The notes under the pieces were generated by a model. It worked only from the letters and a program-made list of their open reading frames with translations, did no database searches and was not told the DNA's origin. From the IMG/VR virus record IMGVR_UViG_3300042894_005670: a DNA stretch of 64,000 nt. One strand, written 5' to 3'. A program made the position numbers and the translations under genes. This DNA comes from a virus. Shown here piece after piece: positions 8,520-17,813 of this stretch (the stretch's first letter is position 1; the number at the start of each line of letters is the position of its first letter).

Positions 8520-8758
8520 GCTAATTCACCAAAATTAGTTATATAGCGTTGTCGTAATTCATCAGTTACATTAGTACAATTTGTTTCTATTAACTTAAGA
8601 AAAACATCATTAATTGGCATACCTATAAAGTTTTTGTTAGCAATAACAGGTAAAATCTCATTATTTTCAAGTTTCATGTGTCCTATAACATAGGCTACAC
8701 CATAACAATCATCTACATCATATTTAACAAAATCACCAAGTTTAAACATTTTCTTCAT
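8516..8758 (-). CDS. Hypothetical protein
   Basis: 80-aa ORF, coupled. Confidence 0.55.
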   Translation of the reverse strand: MKKMFKLGDFVKYDVDDCYGVAYVIGHMKLENNEILPVIANKNFIGMPINDVFLKLIETNCTNVTDELRQRYITNFGELA

Positions 8759-9134
8759 CCTTTGCTATACGTGCGTTTTTTAAATCAAACCAAGCTAATA
8801 CTTCTTTTGATTCTAAATCTCTAACTAAATTTATAATATGTAAGGTTAATTTATGTTTTTGATAGTCATAAGCAGGTTGGTTGTTTATTGCTTCATCCCA
8901 ATCACGTGTATTAAATGCACCACAATAGTAAAGTTTTTCAAACATTTGCTGTAAACATGTTTTCATTTGTGGAGTGCAATATACACCTGATGATATTTCC
9001 ATAGCTAAACACAAAGCTTGTGCATGTGTCATCACTAAACCATTCCAATAAACAATATACTCATCATATTTTGGAAGATATACTAAAACAGGTTTAGCAT
9101 CAAGTATACTCCAACTATGTTCAGGTCTATTCAT
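8742..9134 (-). CDS. Hypothetical protein
   Basis: ORF; start shifted to MNRPEH overlapping the upstream stop. Confidence 0.55.
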   Translation of the reverse strand: MNRPEHSWSILDAKPVLVYLPKYDEYIVYWNGLVMTHAQALCLAMEISSGVYCTPQMKTCLQQMFEKLYYCGAFNTRDWDEAINNQPAYDYQKHKLTLHIINLVRDLESKEVLAWFDLKNARIAKDEENV

Positions 9135-9750
9135 ATTCTTCCATTGAAGTAAATTTCCAAGCACTGATATCATTCTGTACAATATTTTCAATCAACCCAT
9201 CAACAGGGCGATACCCATAGGTACAATATTTTACTAAACGTTTTGCAGCTTGTGGTTGTAGCGGATAATTCATACGTAAAACTTTATTACGAATATCGCT
9301 TGCTGTATGTTCACCGATAACCCAATTTGTGCCATCTGTGCCTATTTGACACACACTAATATCAAAACTATTAACTACATCCTGTAAACTATCATAAAAA
9401 CGTTTAGTGATAATTTGTACAGTCCAATACCGTCTAATCTTTGATTTGGAAACATAAGCGTAAGTTAAAGCATTTTCTGTATGATATTTTTCTTGTACAG
9501 TAGCCTGAGCATGTAATCTTTGTTTTAACTCTTTTACTTGATTACTATCAACACAAAAAATATCAATATCAGCTTGATCTATGGGTTTATGTTGATACCA
9601 TTGTAAACATGACCCACCCGCAATAAAAGGACCTTGTGGTGTGGGACATATTACCCTAACAGGTTCTTGATCATCTGCATGAACTAAAGGATAATCCTTC
9701 TTAGGTTCTTCAGGTTTACCAAATAAATCATCAAAAGAAAAGCGACTCAT
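9127..9750 (-). CDS. Pol-beta-superfamily nucleotidyltransferase (CCA/poly(A) polymerase head-like)
   Basis: FIAGGS, DIDIF, VQII, SFDISVCQ motifs. Confidence 0.7.
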   Translation of the reverse strand: MSRFSFDDLFGKPEEPKKDYPLVHADDQEPVRVICPTPQGPFIAGGSCLQWYQHKPIDQADIDIFCVDSNQVKELKQRLHAQATVQEKYHTENALTYAYVSKSKIRRYWTVQIITKRFYDSLQDVVNSFDISVCQIGTDGTNWVIGEHTASDIRNKVLRMNYPLQPQAAKRLVKYCTYGYRPVDGLIENIVQNDISAWKFTSMEEYE

Positions 9751-9965
9751 ACAATTTTTTTATCTTGGAGCAAAGTTTCAAAAGTGCCAAACAATTGTTC
9801 AAATTTTACAGCATAAATTGTTTCCAACCCTAGCAAATAGTTTGAAATTTGATCTTTAGTAAAGTTATCATTTTCAAGAACTTGCTCGTTTAACAATTTA
9901 ATTTCATCAGTAATACCCCAACAACCTAAAATTTGTTGCTCTAAGTCAAAACGATCTGCCATCAT
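9747..9965 (-). CDS. Hypothetical protein (DRFDLEQQI type)
   Basis: 72-aa ORF. Confidence 0.6.
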   Translation of the reverse strand: MMADRFDLEQQILGCWGITDEIKLLNEQVLENDNFTKDQISNYLLGLETIYAVKFEQLFGTFETLLQDKKIV

Positions 9966-10236
9966 ATTCTCCTATACCAAAACGTTGTTGTATAACTTGT
10001 TTTACTGCAATAAGTGCTGCGTTCCAACTTGGTGTATCGTAGGGGTCACCATCAGTGCCAACTCCACTATAACCACGCAAATCATCGCATACATTGAAAC
10101 ATTCTGCAAGCACTAATTCAGTTAAATTCATTAAATCTGCTAATGCAGGTTCACTATGTACACCATATTTTGGGCTAGCATATTCTGTACGCAAAACGTT
10201 AGCCTGTCTAGCAATTTCAATAATTTTACTGTTCAT
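9946..10236 (-). CDS. MNERIKEL-family small protein, divergent paralog 1
   Basis: MNSKIIEIARQA...LTELVLAEC...IQQRFGIGE. Confidence 0.65.
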   Translation of the reverse strand: MNSKIIEIARQANVLRTEYASPKYGVHSEPALADLMNLTELVLAECFNVCDDLRGYSGVGTDGDPYDTPSWNAALIAVKQVIQQRFGIGEYDGRSF

Positions 10237-10478
10237 TAATTTACGCTCATGTTCCTACTACAATTTTTACCACAATTTTCTGTCCAATTAGTTGATCCTT
10301 GGCAATTAGTAAAATAACGATAATTTCCACCATCAACAAATCTATATACAGTGCATCCATCATGAGTAAACAATTTGTCCACTTTAAAGTCTACACCTGC
10401 TGCAGTAGTTGACTCAGGTTGTTTTGCACTACAAGAAATTAAAGTAAGCATTGCCAAAAATATAAGAAGGTACCTCAT
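10236..10478 (-). CDS. Lipoprotein (DUF4884-like)
   Basis: Lipobox LISC; KLFTHDGCTVYRF.DGG..RYFTNC. Confidence 0.65.
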   Translation of the reverse strand: MRYLLIFLAMLTLISCSAKQPESTTAAGVDFKVDKLFTHDGCTVYRFVDGGNYRYFTNCQGSTNWTENCGKNCSRNMSVN

Positions 10479-10714
10479 TTTTCAATCCCAAAGTGTTTTA
10501 ATATAATACGTTCACATCTTTTATATAATGCTTGATCCACTTTATATTCAATATCGCTTTCATAAAGGTTGGGTTCTAATGATAGTAAGCATTCTTGTAT
10601 AATGAGATCAGCAAACTTTTCTATAGCCTTGTGATCATAGTCATCCATACTATCCCAACAACCTTGTGCTGTCAGTCCTGCACGATACATTAGATCCTCA
10701 AGGCGACTATTCAT
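10475..10714 (-). CDS. MNERIKEL-family small protein, paralog 2
   Basis: EKFADLIIQEC...LKHFGIEK. Confidence 0.65.
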   Translation of the reverse strand: MNSRLEDLMYRAGLTAQGCWDSMDDYDHKAIEKFADLIIQECLLSLEPNLYESDIEYKVDQALYKRCERIILKHFGIEK

Positions 10715-10935
10715 TCTTCAACTCCGAAATGTTCTCTAATTTCTTCGTAAATATCTAATGCCTCGTGATCGGCTGCAACATTGGCACATTCCTTCACAAT
10801 CAACTCGGCGAACTTTTCTGTCCATTCATGAAGGAAAGTAAAATCTACCTCTCCACCATCATCAACAAAACTACCAAATTTTTCTTTGGTGTCATCCCAA
10901 GCCTGTTCAGCAAGTTCTTTAATTCGTTCGTTCAT
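10711..10935 (-). CDS. MNERIKEL-family small protein, paralog 3
   Basis: MNERIKELAEQA...EKFAELIVKEC...EHFGVEE; start moved to 10935. Confidence 0.7.
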   Translation of the reverse strand: MNERIKELAEQAWDDTKEKFGSFVDDGGEVDFTFLHEWTEKFAELIVKECANVAADHEALDIYEEIREHFGVEE

Positions 10936-11025
10936 TCTTCTAATCCTAATTCTTTTGCCAGCCCCAAACAAAACCAGTGACAAAACCTATCACATAACAG
11001 GCCAGCAATGCCAAACCAATCTCGT

Positions 11026-11190
11026 TCATTCTTTAACTCCTTGAACCATTTCATCCAATTCTTTTGCCAAGTCATTCATACGATAGCGACCTTCTATCTT
11101 GGAACCGATGTAGCGATTATCATAGTAATCACCGTTTTGGCGTTCACGCTCGTCTAAATACTCTTCTAACACTTCAGTAAACTTTCTCAT
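11026..11190 (-). CDS. Hypothetical protein, 54 aa (MRKFTEVLEEYLDERERQ...)
   Basis: Manual translation; ATGA coupling on both sides. Confidence 0.6.
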   Translation of the reverse strand: MRKFTEVLEEYLDERERQNGDYYDNRYIGSKIEGRYRMNDLAKELDEMVQGVKE

Positions 11191-11435
11191 TCTTCAACTC
11201 CGAAATGTTCTTTTAGACCTTGAATATTATCATAACACTTTTCAGCACAAATTTCAAAATTTGATTGAAAAACAGGATCTTCTTCTGATTCAGAAAGACC
11301 AAACAATCTTTCTGCTTCATTGTCGAGATATTGGCAACATTCTCTGACAATCAACTCGGCGAACTTTTCCGGGATAATAAACCCATGCTCTGGATCATAA
11401 CATTGTTCAGCAAGTTCTTTAATTCTCTTGTTCAT
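11187..11435 (-). CDS. MNERIKEL-family small protein, paralog 4
   Basis: MNKRIKELAEQC...EKFAELIVREC...KEHFGVEE. Confidence 0.7.
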   Translation of the reverse strand: MNKRIKELAEQCYDPEHGFIIPEKFAELIVRECCQYLDNEAERLFGLSESEEDPVFQSNFEICAEKCYDNIQGLKEHFGVEE

Positions 11436-11529
11436 TATACTTTCCTATTAAGGACAAACCCTTTAAAGTAGATAAAAAAAGCTTTAGCTACATGCTTCAT
11501 TTGACGTAAATAATATTGACGGTATGACA

Positions 11530-11724
11530 TTATTCCATTCCAAAATGTTCTTTAATGGCTCGTGCAGTGGCACTATCACCATTAAACACTGCAAGTTTAA
11601 TACATTCAAAAAGAATTAAATTAGCAAATTGCTCTAGATCGGGTTGTGCAAATGGAATCTCAAAGCCTAACCTGTCATACTTTCTTGTCGCCTGTTCAGC
11701 TAATAACTTAATTTGTTCATTCAT
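11530..11724 (-). CDS. MNERIKEL-family small protein, paralog 5
   Basis: MNEQIKLLAEQA...EQFANLILFEC...IKEHFGME. Confidence 0.7.
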   Translation of the reverse strand: MNEQIKLLAEQATRKYDRLGFEIPFAQPDLEQFANLILFECIKLAVFNGDSATARAIKEHFGME

Positions 11725-11826
11725 TGAATTATTCCTGTCAAGAACATAATTACAGTAGCAACAAAAATTAAGATCATACCAATACCAACTATAACATCAG
11801 GCATAAGCGATTCATTCTTAAGAATA

Positions 11827-11997
11827 TTACTTAACATCTTTCGCAATTTGGGCAAGTTGTTTTAAATCATCATATGTAGTTTGACAATCATACAAAAACC
11901 ACAGGATATCTGTCAACGGTTTTTTTTGATCAATCATATCCTGTAGCATATCTACTGTTCGTACATGCTGTCCAAACATTGTTCCACCTGAGTACAT
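11827..11997 (-). CDS. Hypothetical protein
   Basis: ORF from MYSGG, following the upstream stop. Confidence 0.5.
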   Translation of the reverse strand: MYSGGTMFGQHVRTVDMLQDMIDQKKPLTDILWFLYDCQTTYDDLKQLAQIAKDVK

Positions 11998-11998
11998 T

Positions 11999-12319
11999 TT
12001 ACATGCTCCAATAAAGTTCACTTGAAGGATCACAACAACGTGGCGTATCTGCAGGAATCACAACTTTTTCACCTGTCATGTAGTTTTTAACAGTCTTCAT
12101 TTCTTCAGTGGGTATTTCAACTTTTTCTACCTTCATCATCTTAAGGTAAGAATCGGAAGCACACATCATAATAGTGTTGGACTTCCCCATAATTTCAATA
12201 ATTATCCAAGGGGTCATTGCACCATCACCTGCAGGGGCAAGGAAGATTTTTTTGATAGTACCGAGAAGGTTACCTGCTGCAGAAACCCAAGTAATTGTGT
12301 CAGCTACGTTCAAGTTCAT
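11999..12319 (-). CDS. Hypothetical early protein (C-terminal TPRCCDPSSELYWSM)
   Basis: Start moved to MNLNV (AGGAG 6 nt upstream), downstream of a sigma70 promoter. Confidence 0.65.
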   Translation of the reverse strand: MNLNVADTITWVSAAGNLLGTIKKIFLAPAGDGAMTPWIIIEIMGKSNTIMMCASDSYLKMMKVEKVEIPTEEMKTVKNYMTGEKVVIPADTPRCCDPSSELYWSM

Positions 12320-12349
12320 TTCCATCTCCTTGTTAATCACCATACATGT

Positions 12350-12378
12350 AGTATATGAAAAAACAGAATTAGTGTCAA
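12350..12378 (-). promoter_or_regulatory. Sigma70 early promoter driving the small-gene array
   Basis: TTGACA-17 nt-TATACT. Confidence 0.75.
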
Positions 12379-12578
12379 GCGTTTTTTGTACTGTTGGTTT
12401 TTTGCGAATTCTCAAAGCATGGAACACAGTATGCTCCATAGGCAGGACCACGATTTGCGCTTACTGCTGTCTTACATACACTACACATGATAAAAGCGTG
12501 TGTAACAATTTGTCCTTTTTCAGCGGGGTAAATAGGACTACCATCACTGTAATATCCTAATGGCTTTTTATTATTCAT
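12375..12578 (-). CDS. Small Cys-rich (CxxC...CxxC) protein
   Basis: CSVC...CVPC; ATGA coupling to rnh. Confidence 0.5.
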   Translation of the reverse strand: MNNKKPLGYYSDGSPIYPAEKGQIVTHAFIMCSVCKTAVSANRGPAYGAYCVPCFENSQKTNSTKNA

Positions 12579-13618
12579 GCTGCTTCCGTAACAAGTTTTA
12601 AATTTCCAACATATGCCCCACGCAACCATTCAACATAAAAATTAGCTGATTCAGAAATTTTAATTAACTGATACTTACCACAAAATCTCATAAACTCAGT
12701 GCCAACTTGTCCAACAGGTTGCTTATTTACAGCAGTTTTTATCACATTATCTAACTCATTAATAATTTCTTGTGGTTGCATCGTTAAATCGATAAGCACA
12801 CGGTTACGCTCATAATCATCTTTTACTTTATGTTCAACGCCGTTATGATCAACCCAACGTTGTTGCATGACATTGTTCCAATTAAATCCTTTTTTATCTC
12901 TATCAGCATATGCTTCAATTAAACCAATGGTTTTTTTAGTAGATTTTTTACGTACACCTGGGTATGCGCTAAAGATGTTATCAGTACTATCACCACGCAT
13001 ACATTTTTCAAACAATATAAATTGTGGGTCACCAACTTGCTTATGTTCTTTAGTTTTATTATCTACAACGGGTTTACCATGTTCATCATAATAGCCTTTT
13101 ATAGTGATTAATTGATTAGCAATGCTATTATAACGTTGTACATTATGTGCTAATAGTTGATCAAAATCGGTGTCACTGCTGATTATGATATGTTCATTAT
13201 TTGGATGTAATTGAATAAAACGTGCAATTACATCATCAGCTTCTGCTACATCACATCTAATAACAGATACATTAGTTTTTTCTCGTAAGTACTTTATAAA
13301 ATCGTTATAAGTTTGATTAAACAATTCATCAAGTTGTACTTCGCTAGTAGTTTTAGCAGCATCTTTGACTAAACGATTACGCTTGTATGGTTCATAAAAT
13401 TGTTTACGCCAACTACGACCTTCAAGGGCAAAGATAACATGCACAGGTATATTAGCACCAAACTTGCGAACCATAGTGTTAGCACTTTGTAATGTAAGAT
13501 GTAATGCCATACCAATACGTTCATCATCACTGTCACTACGACTAGCTATATATTTAGATTTGAAAAATAGATTAGCGGTATCAATAATGATGTACTTAAC
13601 TGACTTCAGATCTTCCAT
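12575..13618 (-). CDS. rnh: T4 RNase H-like 5'-3' exonuclease (FEN/PIN fold)
   Basis: IIDTAN, SWRK..Y..YKRNR, EADDVIA, SSDTDF.QL, RGDSTDNI, RN..LIDL. Confidence 0.88.
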   Translation of the reverse strand: MEDLKSVKYIIIDTANLFFKSKYIASRSDSDDERIGMALHLTLQSANTMVRKFGANIPVHVIFALEGRSWRKQFYEPYKRNRLVKDAAKTTSEVQLDELFNQTYNDFIKYLREKTNVSVIRCDVAEADDVIARFIQLHPNNEHIIISSDTDFDQLLAHNVQRYNSIANQLITIKGYYDEHGKPVVDNKTKEHKQVGDPQFILFEKCMRGDSTDNIFSAYPGVRKKSTKKTIGLIEAYADRDKKGFNWNNVMQQRWVDHNGVEHKVKDDYERNRVLIDLTMQPQEIINELDNVIKTAVNKQPVGQVGTEFMRFCGKYQLIKISESANFYVEWLRGAYVGNLKLVTEAA

Positions 13619-14021
13619 TTCCTATGTCCTTAGATTTAACGATACGTAAATCGTTTTCACGGTTGTAGGGATCAGCATTTTGTTGTTCATAAACTTCTAG
13701 TGCAATATTACGACAAACTGTTTGAAACCAACGATCTACAATATCTGCTTCAGAATCATCAGGTTTAATTTTATAACCTGCTTTGATTAAGTTTATCACA
13801 AATTTATCATTAAAGTCAAGCTCAAAACTACCTGCATTAATATTGCTAGGATCAAGGTCTACTCTTACAATAGCTACATAGGGTTCATTATTTTTGTTGG
13901 CTAACTCCTTAGGTGTTAGTTCAGGTTTTTTTGGTTCTTTAGCAACCTTTTTTGGAATCTCAGGTGGATCAGGTGGTAGTGGAATTGGTTTATTCCACAA
14001 TGCTTTTATTTTATCAAACAT
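13596..14021 (-). CDS. Hypothetical protein
   Basis: ORF from MFDKIK, coupled to both neighbours. Confidence 0.65.
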   Translation of the reverse strand: MFDKIKALWNKPIPLPPDPPEIPKKVAKEPKKPELTPKELANKNNEPYVAIVRVDLDPSNINAGSFELDFNDKFVINLIKAGYKIKPDDSEADIVDRWFQTVCRNIALEVYEQQNADPYNRENDLRIVKSKDIGNGRSEVS

Positions 14022-15060
14022 AACTATCCTCAACAATCAATGTATTACTTTTGTTGTATGCTTCAAATAAACGCATACTAGCAAGATTTTTTGCTTTACT
14101 TTCGCACATAATATCACCCCATACCCAATGTGACATTGCCCATTGGTTTACTGCATTATTCCAAAAGAAGTCACTATGTGCTCGTAATTCTTGTTTCTTA
14201 TGACCACTTTCATTGAGCATAGTATAGTTAGGTAAGGTGTTTGCATCGTGTTTTACAAGTACATCCTCACGACTGACAGAATAATGGATGACAGGGCGCA
14301 CACCCCTCCAACTATGAATAACCCTATCGATGCGTTCATCATCCAAGGCGATATACTCTCCTGTTTTACACCAATGGTGATGAATGTCGAGCACAATAGG
14401 AACAACATCACTAAGTTGAAGGCAATCATCGAGTCCATAAGTTATTTCTTCATTTTCAATGGTAATACAATTTCTTGCTTCTGTAGAGAGTCTTGCAAGT
14501 GCATGGCGAAAACCTGCGGCACCTTGTTTACCCGCAAGGTGGATGTTGATTTTAAAGTCTTGGAAGTGTTTGCCATACCCCATGTAACGTGCCATATCTG
14601 CATGATACTCAAACTCCTTTATTGAATTCTCAACAATGTTCTCGTTATCACTAGCAAGAACACAAAACTGACCAGGATGAAAAGACAAACGTACACCGTT
14701 TTCTCTAGCACTATCACCAATAGTTGCAAAATGCCTCTCAAGATATCGAACAACATCAGGTTGTTGATAAAAGTAGCTCCATGATGATTCTGTATATACA
14801 GGCAAGATATCACTACTAAGGCGAACCATCCTAAGTTCTTCACGTAACCCTCCAACACGTTTGACTAATAATCGTGTTGCTTCAAGATTACCTTTCATTA
14901 AATCCCAAAGTTTATCTTCGGCAACACTGCGTACTTGTTTATTTAACCAAGTTCGTGTGGTAGTACCTGTATTGTATTTCTTGCAATCGTCGGTGGGTTT
15001 AATACCATTAACCTGATCAGCATTGTCAATCCATTTACAGGCAAATCCTAGTTTACGCAT
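14014..15060 (-). CDS. uvsE: UV-damage endonuclease UvsE/UVDE
   Basis: LGFAC, RLSSD, RLSFHPGQF.VL, NIH, IENEE, LDIHHH, HYS, AHSD, MCESKAKNLA. Confidence 0.9.
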   Translation of the reverse strand: MRKLGFACKWIDNADQVNGIKPTDDCKKYNTGTTTRTWLNKQVRSVAEDKLWDLMKGNLEATRLLVKRVGGLREELRMVRLSSDILPVYTESSWSYFYQQPDVVRYLERHFATIGDSARENGVRLSFHPGQFCVLASDNENIVENSIKEFEYHADMARYMGYGKHFQDFKINIHLAGKQGAAGFRHALARLSTEARNCITIENEEITYGLDDCLQLSDVVPIVLDIHHHWCKTGEYIALDDERIDRVIHSWRGVRPVIHYSVSREDVLVKHDANTLPNYTMLNESGHKKQELRAHSDFFWNNAVNQWAMSHWVWGDIMCESKAKNLASMRLFEAYNKSNTLIVEDSYV

Positions 15061-15062
15061 GA

Positions 15063-15275
15063 TTAAGCACTTTCAATAAGTTGTGCGGCAAGTTCATTAA
15101 GTTGTTTACTTGGTATAAACAGTTCAAAAGTACTAGTCATTATACACACTTTTTTCTCTACATCATACATTTCACGGGTAAAAGTTACTGCTCGCATATC
15201 ATACGGTGATGTACAAGGTTCAACTTTCATATACAATTTAAAATCAGGGCGGTCAACAAGATATTTCATCATCAT
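15063..15275 (-). CDS. Hypothetical protein
   Basis: 70-aa ORF, GGAG RBS. Confidence 0.55.
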   Translation of the reverse strand: MMMKYLVDRPDFKLYMKVEPCTSPYDMRAVTFTREMYDVEKKVCIMTSTFELFIPSKQLNELAAQLIESA

Positions 15276-15331
15276 TCTCCAAAGAATTTAGATTATAACA
15301 AACAACTAAATTGAATACAAGTGTGGTAAAA

Positions 15332-15811
15332 TTACCACTTCTCACTTTTATTAACACGTTGCATTTCAGCTTCCATCACCCGCTTGCGTAATGAACTTGA
15401 ACTAAAACTGTGATCACGACCATTGTATATTAGTTCAATACCACGATCAACGCATATTTGTTTACCTGTAAAATCTTTATCTTTGTACTCTATACCAAGA
15501 ATACGCATATCAATAGGTAAGACAAGAAACAAATCTTCTAAATCTTTTTCAGTATTATAAATTACAATTTCATCAACAAAACGGGTTGCGCTTAATTGTA
15601 TTTGGCGTTCTACAATACTTTGAACAGGTTGGTTTTTAGTTGGTCTATCTAAACTTGCATCATTTTGTAATGCCGCTATTAAATAATCACAATGTTGTTT
15701 GGCTTCGCTTAACATTGCAATATGCCCTGCGTGTAGTAAATCAAATTGACTACAAGTGATTCCTATTTTTAAATCACTATTTTTTAATTCTTTAATACGA
15801 TTGAATATCAT
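15332..15811 (-). CDS. TagD-like cytidylyltransferase
   Basis: FDLLHAGH (HxGH), ER...VDEI, RDHSFSSSSLR. Confidence 0.85.
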   Translation of the reverse strand: MIFNRIKELKNSDLKIGITCSQFDLLHAGHIAMLSEAKQHCDYLIAALQNDASLDRPTKNQPVQSIVERQIQLSATRFVDEIVIYNTEKDLEDLFLVLPIDMRILGIEYKDKDFTGKQICVDRGIELIYNGRDHSFSSSSLRKRVMEAEMQRVNKSEKW

Positions 15812-15847
15812 AAAAAACCCCTATCTGTTATTTAGATAGGGGTTTTT
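15812..15847. terminator. Bidirectional intrinsic terminator
   Basis: AAAAACCCCTATCT/AGATAGGGGTTTTT inverted repeat. Confidence 0.85.
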
Positions 15848-15853
15848 GTGAAT

Positions 15854-16081
15854 TTAAAAATCTGACTCCATTTTTTTCAAATCTTCTTCCCACATGTTTT
15901 TGCAATTTTTGCCTTTTAAAAACTTTTGGTATTGTTGAAATGCATAACTACGCATATTAGTAAGGTCACGCTCGTCATAACGATACCCATAATCTTTACA
16001 AAATTCTAAATAATTCTCAAGTTGTTCAAAAATTGGTTCGTTAGTACCAAATACGCTACGACTTTTACTTACTTTACTCAT
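15854..16081 (-). CDS. Hypothetical protein (FCKDYGYRYDE motif)
   Basis: 75-aa ORF. Confidence 0.65.
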   Translation of the reverse strand: MSKVSKSRSVFGTNEPIFEQLENYLEFCKDYGYRYDERDLTNMRSYAFQQYQKFLKGKNCKNMWEEDLKKMESDF

Positions 16082-16094
16082 GCTTATAATTTCC

Positions 16095-16472
16095 TTAAAT
16101 TTTAACTACTAAGTTAGGTTTATGATTACGATAATGTGTGGTTATTGCTGAACCACTGCTTTCTGTTGTAGTAATTTTAATATCACTGTCAACAAAATAG
16201 GTTGCTAATCTGAGGAAAAGTTCATCTGAAATTTTTTGACAATACTCCAAATCATAATCAGATTTAGGTTTTCCTATGTCAGCTTCATCAACATCATTAA
16301 TTATTTTATTAATGAAGTCAATATTAAAACTATTATCTTTAACTTCTACGACAATGTTTGTTCTAAAAAAGTTTTTAATTCTAGACTTTTTTCTAATGTA
16401 TATCAAACGTTCCGACATAACACGTTCGTTACGTTCTTTTAAAGCAAAATTACGTTGTGCGGTATAATCCAT
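16095..16472 (-). CDS. Possibly degenerate QueD/PTPS-like T-fold protein
   Basis: C-terminal half resembles phage QueD-like proteins as I recall them (C..ISDELF...I...E..G...Y...KPN...KI); HxH metal motif absent. Confidence 0.35.
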   Translation of the reverse strand: MDYTAQRNFALKERNERVMSERLIYIRKKSRIKNFFRTNIVVEVKDNSFNIDFINKIINDVDEADIGKPKSDYDLEYCQKISDELFLRLATYFVDSDIKITTTESSGSAITTHYRNHKPNLVVKI

Positions 16473-16690
16473 TATCTATCATCGCCCCATAGTTCAGTTT
16501 CACGTCCACTAGTAGCTTCAAATTGAAGTTTGTTAAATCTTGCAATTTCATCTTTAATTTGTAGCTTGCGCTTTTTTAAGTTTGTTACTTGCTCAGGAAT
16601 ATAATGCTTTTGTTTTTCAATGTCAAGTATTTGATTATCTAAAGCTCGGTGCATTTCTTCTAAATGTTTGATACGCTCACGATATGGCAT
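16472..16690 (-). CDS. DUF465/YdcH-like coiled-coil protein
   Basis: L.E.H..LD.QI...LKKRKLQIKDEI. Confidence 0.75.
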   Translation of the reverse strand: MPYRERIKHLEEMHRALDNQILDIEKQKHYIPEQVTNLKKRKLQIKDEIARFNKLQFEATSGRETELWGDDR

Positions 16691-16692
16691 GA

Positions 16693-17034
16693 TTACCCTC
16701 CTTTATGATCCTTTACTAAGGTTAATATTAGTTCCATTTTTTCTTTAATTTCAGCAACAGCAGGATATTCTTGAGCTAATTTGTCAAGTTCATTTTCTTT
16801 TTTCATTTTTTCTATTGCCCAATTTAACACTGTTTGTGTTTGATTGTCAAATTCTATAGTTGGATTTTGCCAATTTAGTTGTCTCCAAGTCATACCATCA
16901 TTTATTTCTAAACAATTCATGTTTGGGTTCCAACGAACATGCCCTGCTCCTGACGCTCCAGGACTTATATACGGATCAGCATAATAGGTTTGGTTAATAG
17001 TTAAACCTTTTCCTACGTTAATATTTTTAATCAT
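16693..17034 (-). CDS. Hypothetical protein
   Basis: 113-aa ORF, coupled to the clamp gene. Confidence 0.65.
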   Translation of the reverse strand: MIKNINVGKGLTINQTYYADPYISPGASGAGHVRWNPNMNCLEINDGMTWRQLNWQNPTIEFDNQTQTVLNWAIEKMKKENELDKLAQEYPAVAEIKEKMELILTLVKDHKGG

Positions 17035-17750
17035 GATGTTTGTGCAGGTAACATATATTCATAATCTGCTAAACCACTATCCACCGTGATTTTCATAGCA
17101 GGGGAATCACTTATGTGTATGACTTTGTCGCCTGGGAGGTCCATGATGCTAATAAACTGCTTGACAGGCCATGCCCATGATTTAGTAATCTTACCGCTAA
17201 CCATTGGCTCAAATACAAAATTTCCACTATGGGTGGTTACATTGCCCATGTATACTTTTAAATCTTTACCATCTTGTTTTAATATAAAAGTTGATTCATC
17301 ATTGTTAGCTTGTAACTGTTTTTTAAGACGTTGTATACTAGTTACTTTAGGTTCGAATTGTATGTTCCATGTAGCACCTGCAAATTTGACAGGTTTAATT
17401 TTTTCTTCAACTAATACCTTTGACATTAAACGATAATCATTGACAAAATCGCCACTTGATGTTTCAAAGTGTATTGTAGTAGGTAAATCATTTGTTTTAA
17501 CCATATTAATTGAAGATGTTTCATCATATTCTTCAAACCTTAGAATGGTTCTTAACTTCATTAAGTTGGGCATACCAAATATACCCTCAAAATCAGGATG
17601 TGGTGTTTTAAACACACCCTTTAGTATGACAGTACGATCTTCTGCAATAGCATTGATCACTGTTTCATCATCCGTACCTGATACCTTGATAAGATCAATA
17701 AAACCAAGTGCACAGGTATGTTGAATTAAATCTAATAAGTTGTCACGCAT
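17031..17750 (-). CDS. Sliding clamp (gp45/PCNA-like)
   Basis: 239 aa, two-domain alpha/beta pattern, C-terminal YEYMLPA, adjacent to DNA polymerase. Confidence 0.65.
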   Translation of the reverse strand: MRDNLLDLIQHTCALGFIDLIKVSGTDDETVINAIAEDRTVILKGVFKTPHPDFEGIFGMPNLMKLRTILRFEEYDETSSINMVKTNDLPTTIHFETSSGDFVNDYRLMSKVLVEEKIKPVKFAGATWNIQFEPKVTSIQRLKKQLQANNDESTFILKQDGKDLKVYMGNVTTHSGNFVFEPMVSGKITKSWAWPVKQFISIMDLPGDKVIHISDSPAMKITVDSGLADYEYMLPAQTS

Positions 17751-17813
17751 TTAAAATCCTTTAAGTTTTGTAATTATAATCATTCACTTTTATTAATCAA
17801 TAATTTTAGACAA

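Larger units (their letters stand above)
10711..11425. repeat. Three exact direct-repeat pairs (25, 23 and 22 bp) shared by paralogs 3 and 4
   Basis: 10711-10735 = 11187-11211; 10796-10818 = 11347-11369; 10904-10925 = 11404-11425. Confidence 0.9.

Noticed and set aside
10711-11425. 22-25 bp repeats as a CRISPR array
   Set aside because: Three different repeats with two copies each, inside coding paralogs, irregular spacing, no cas genes.
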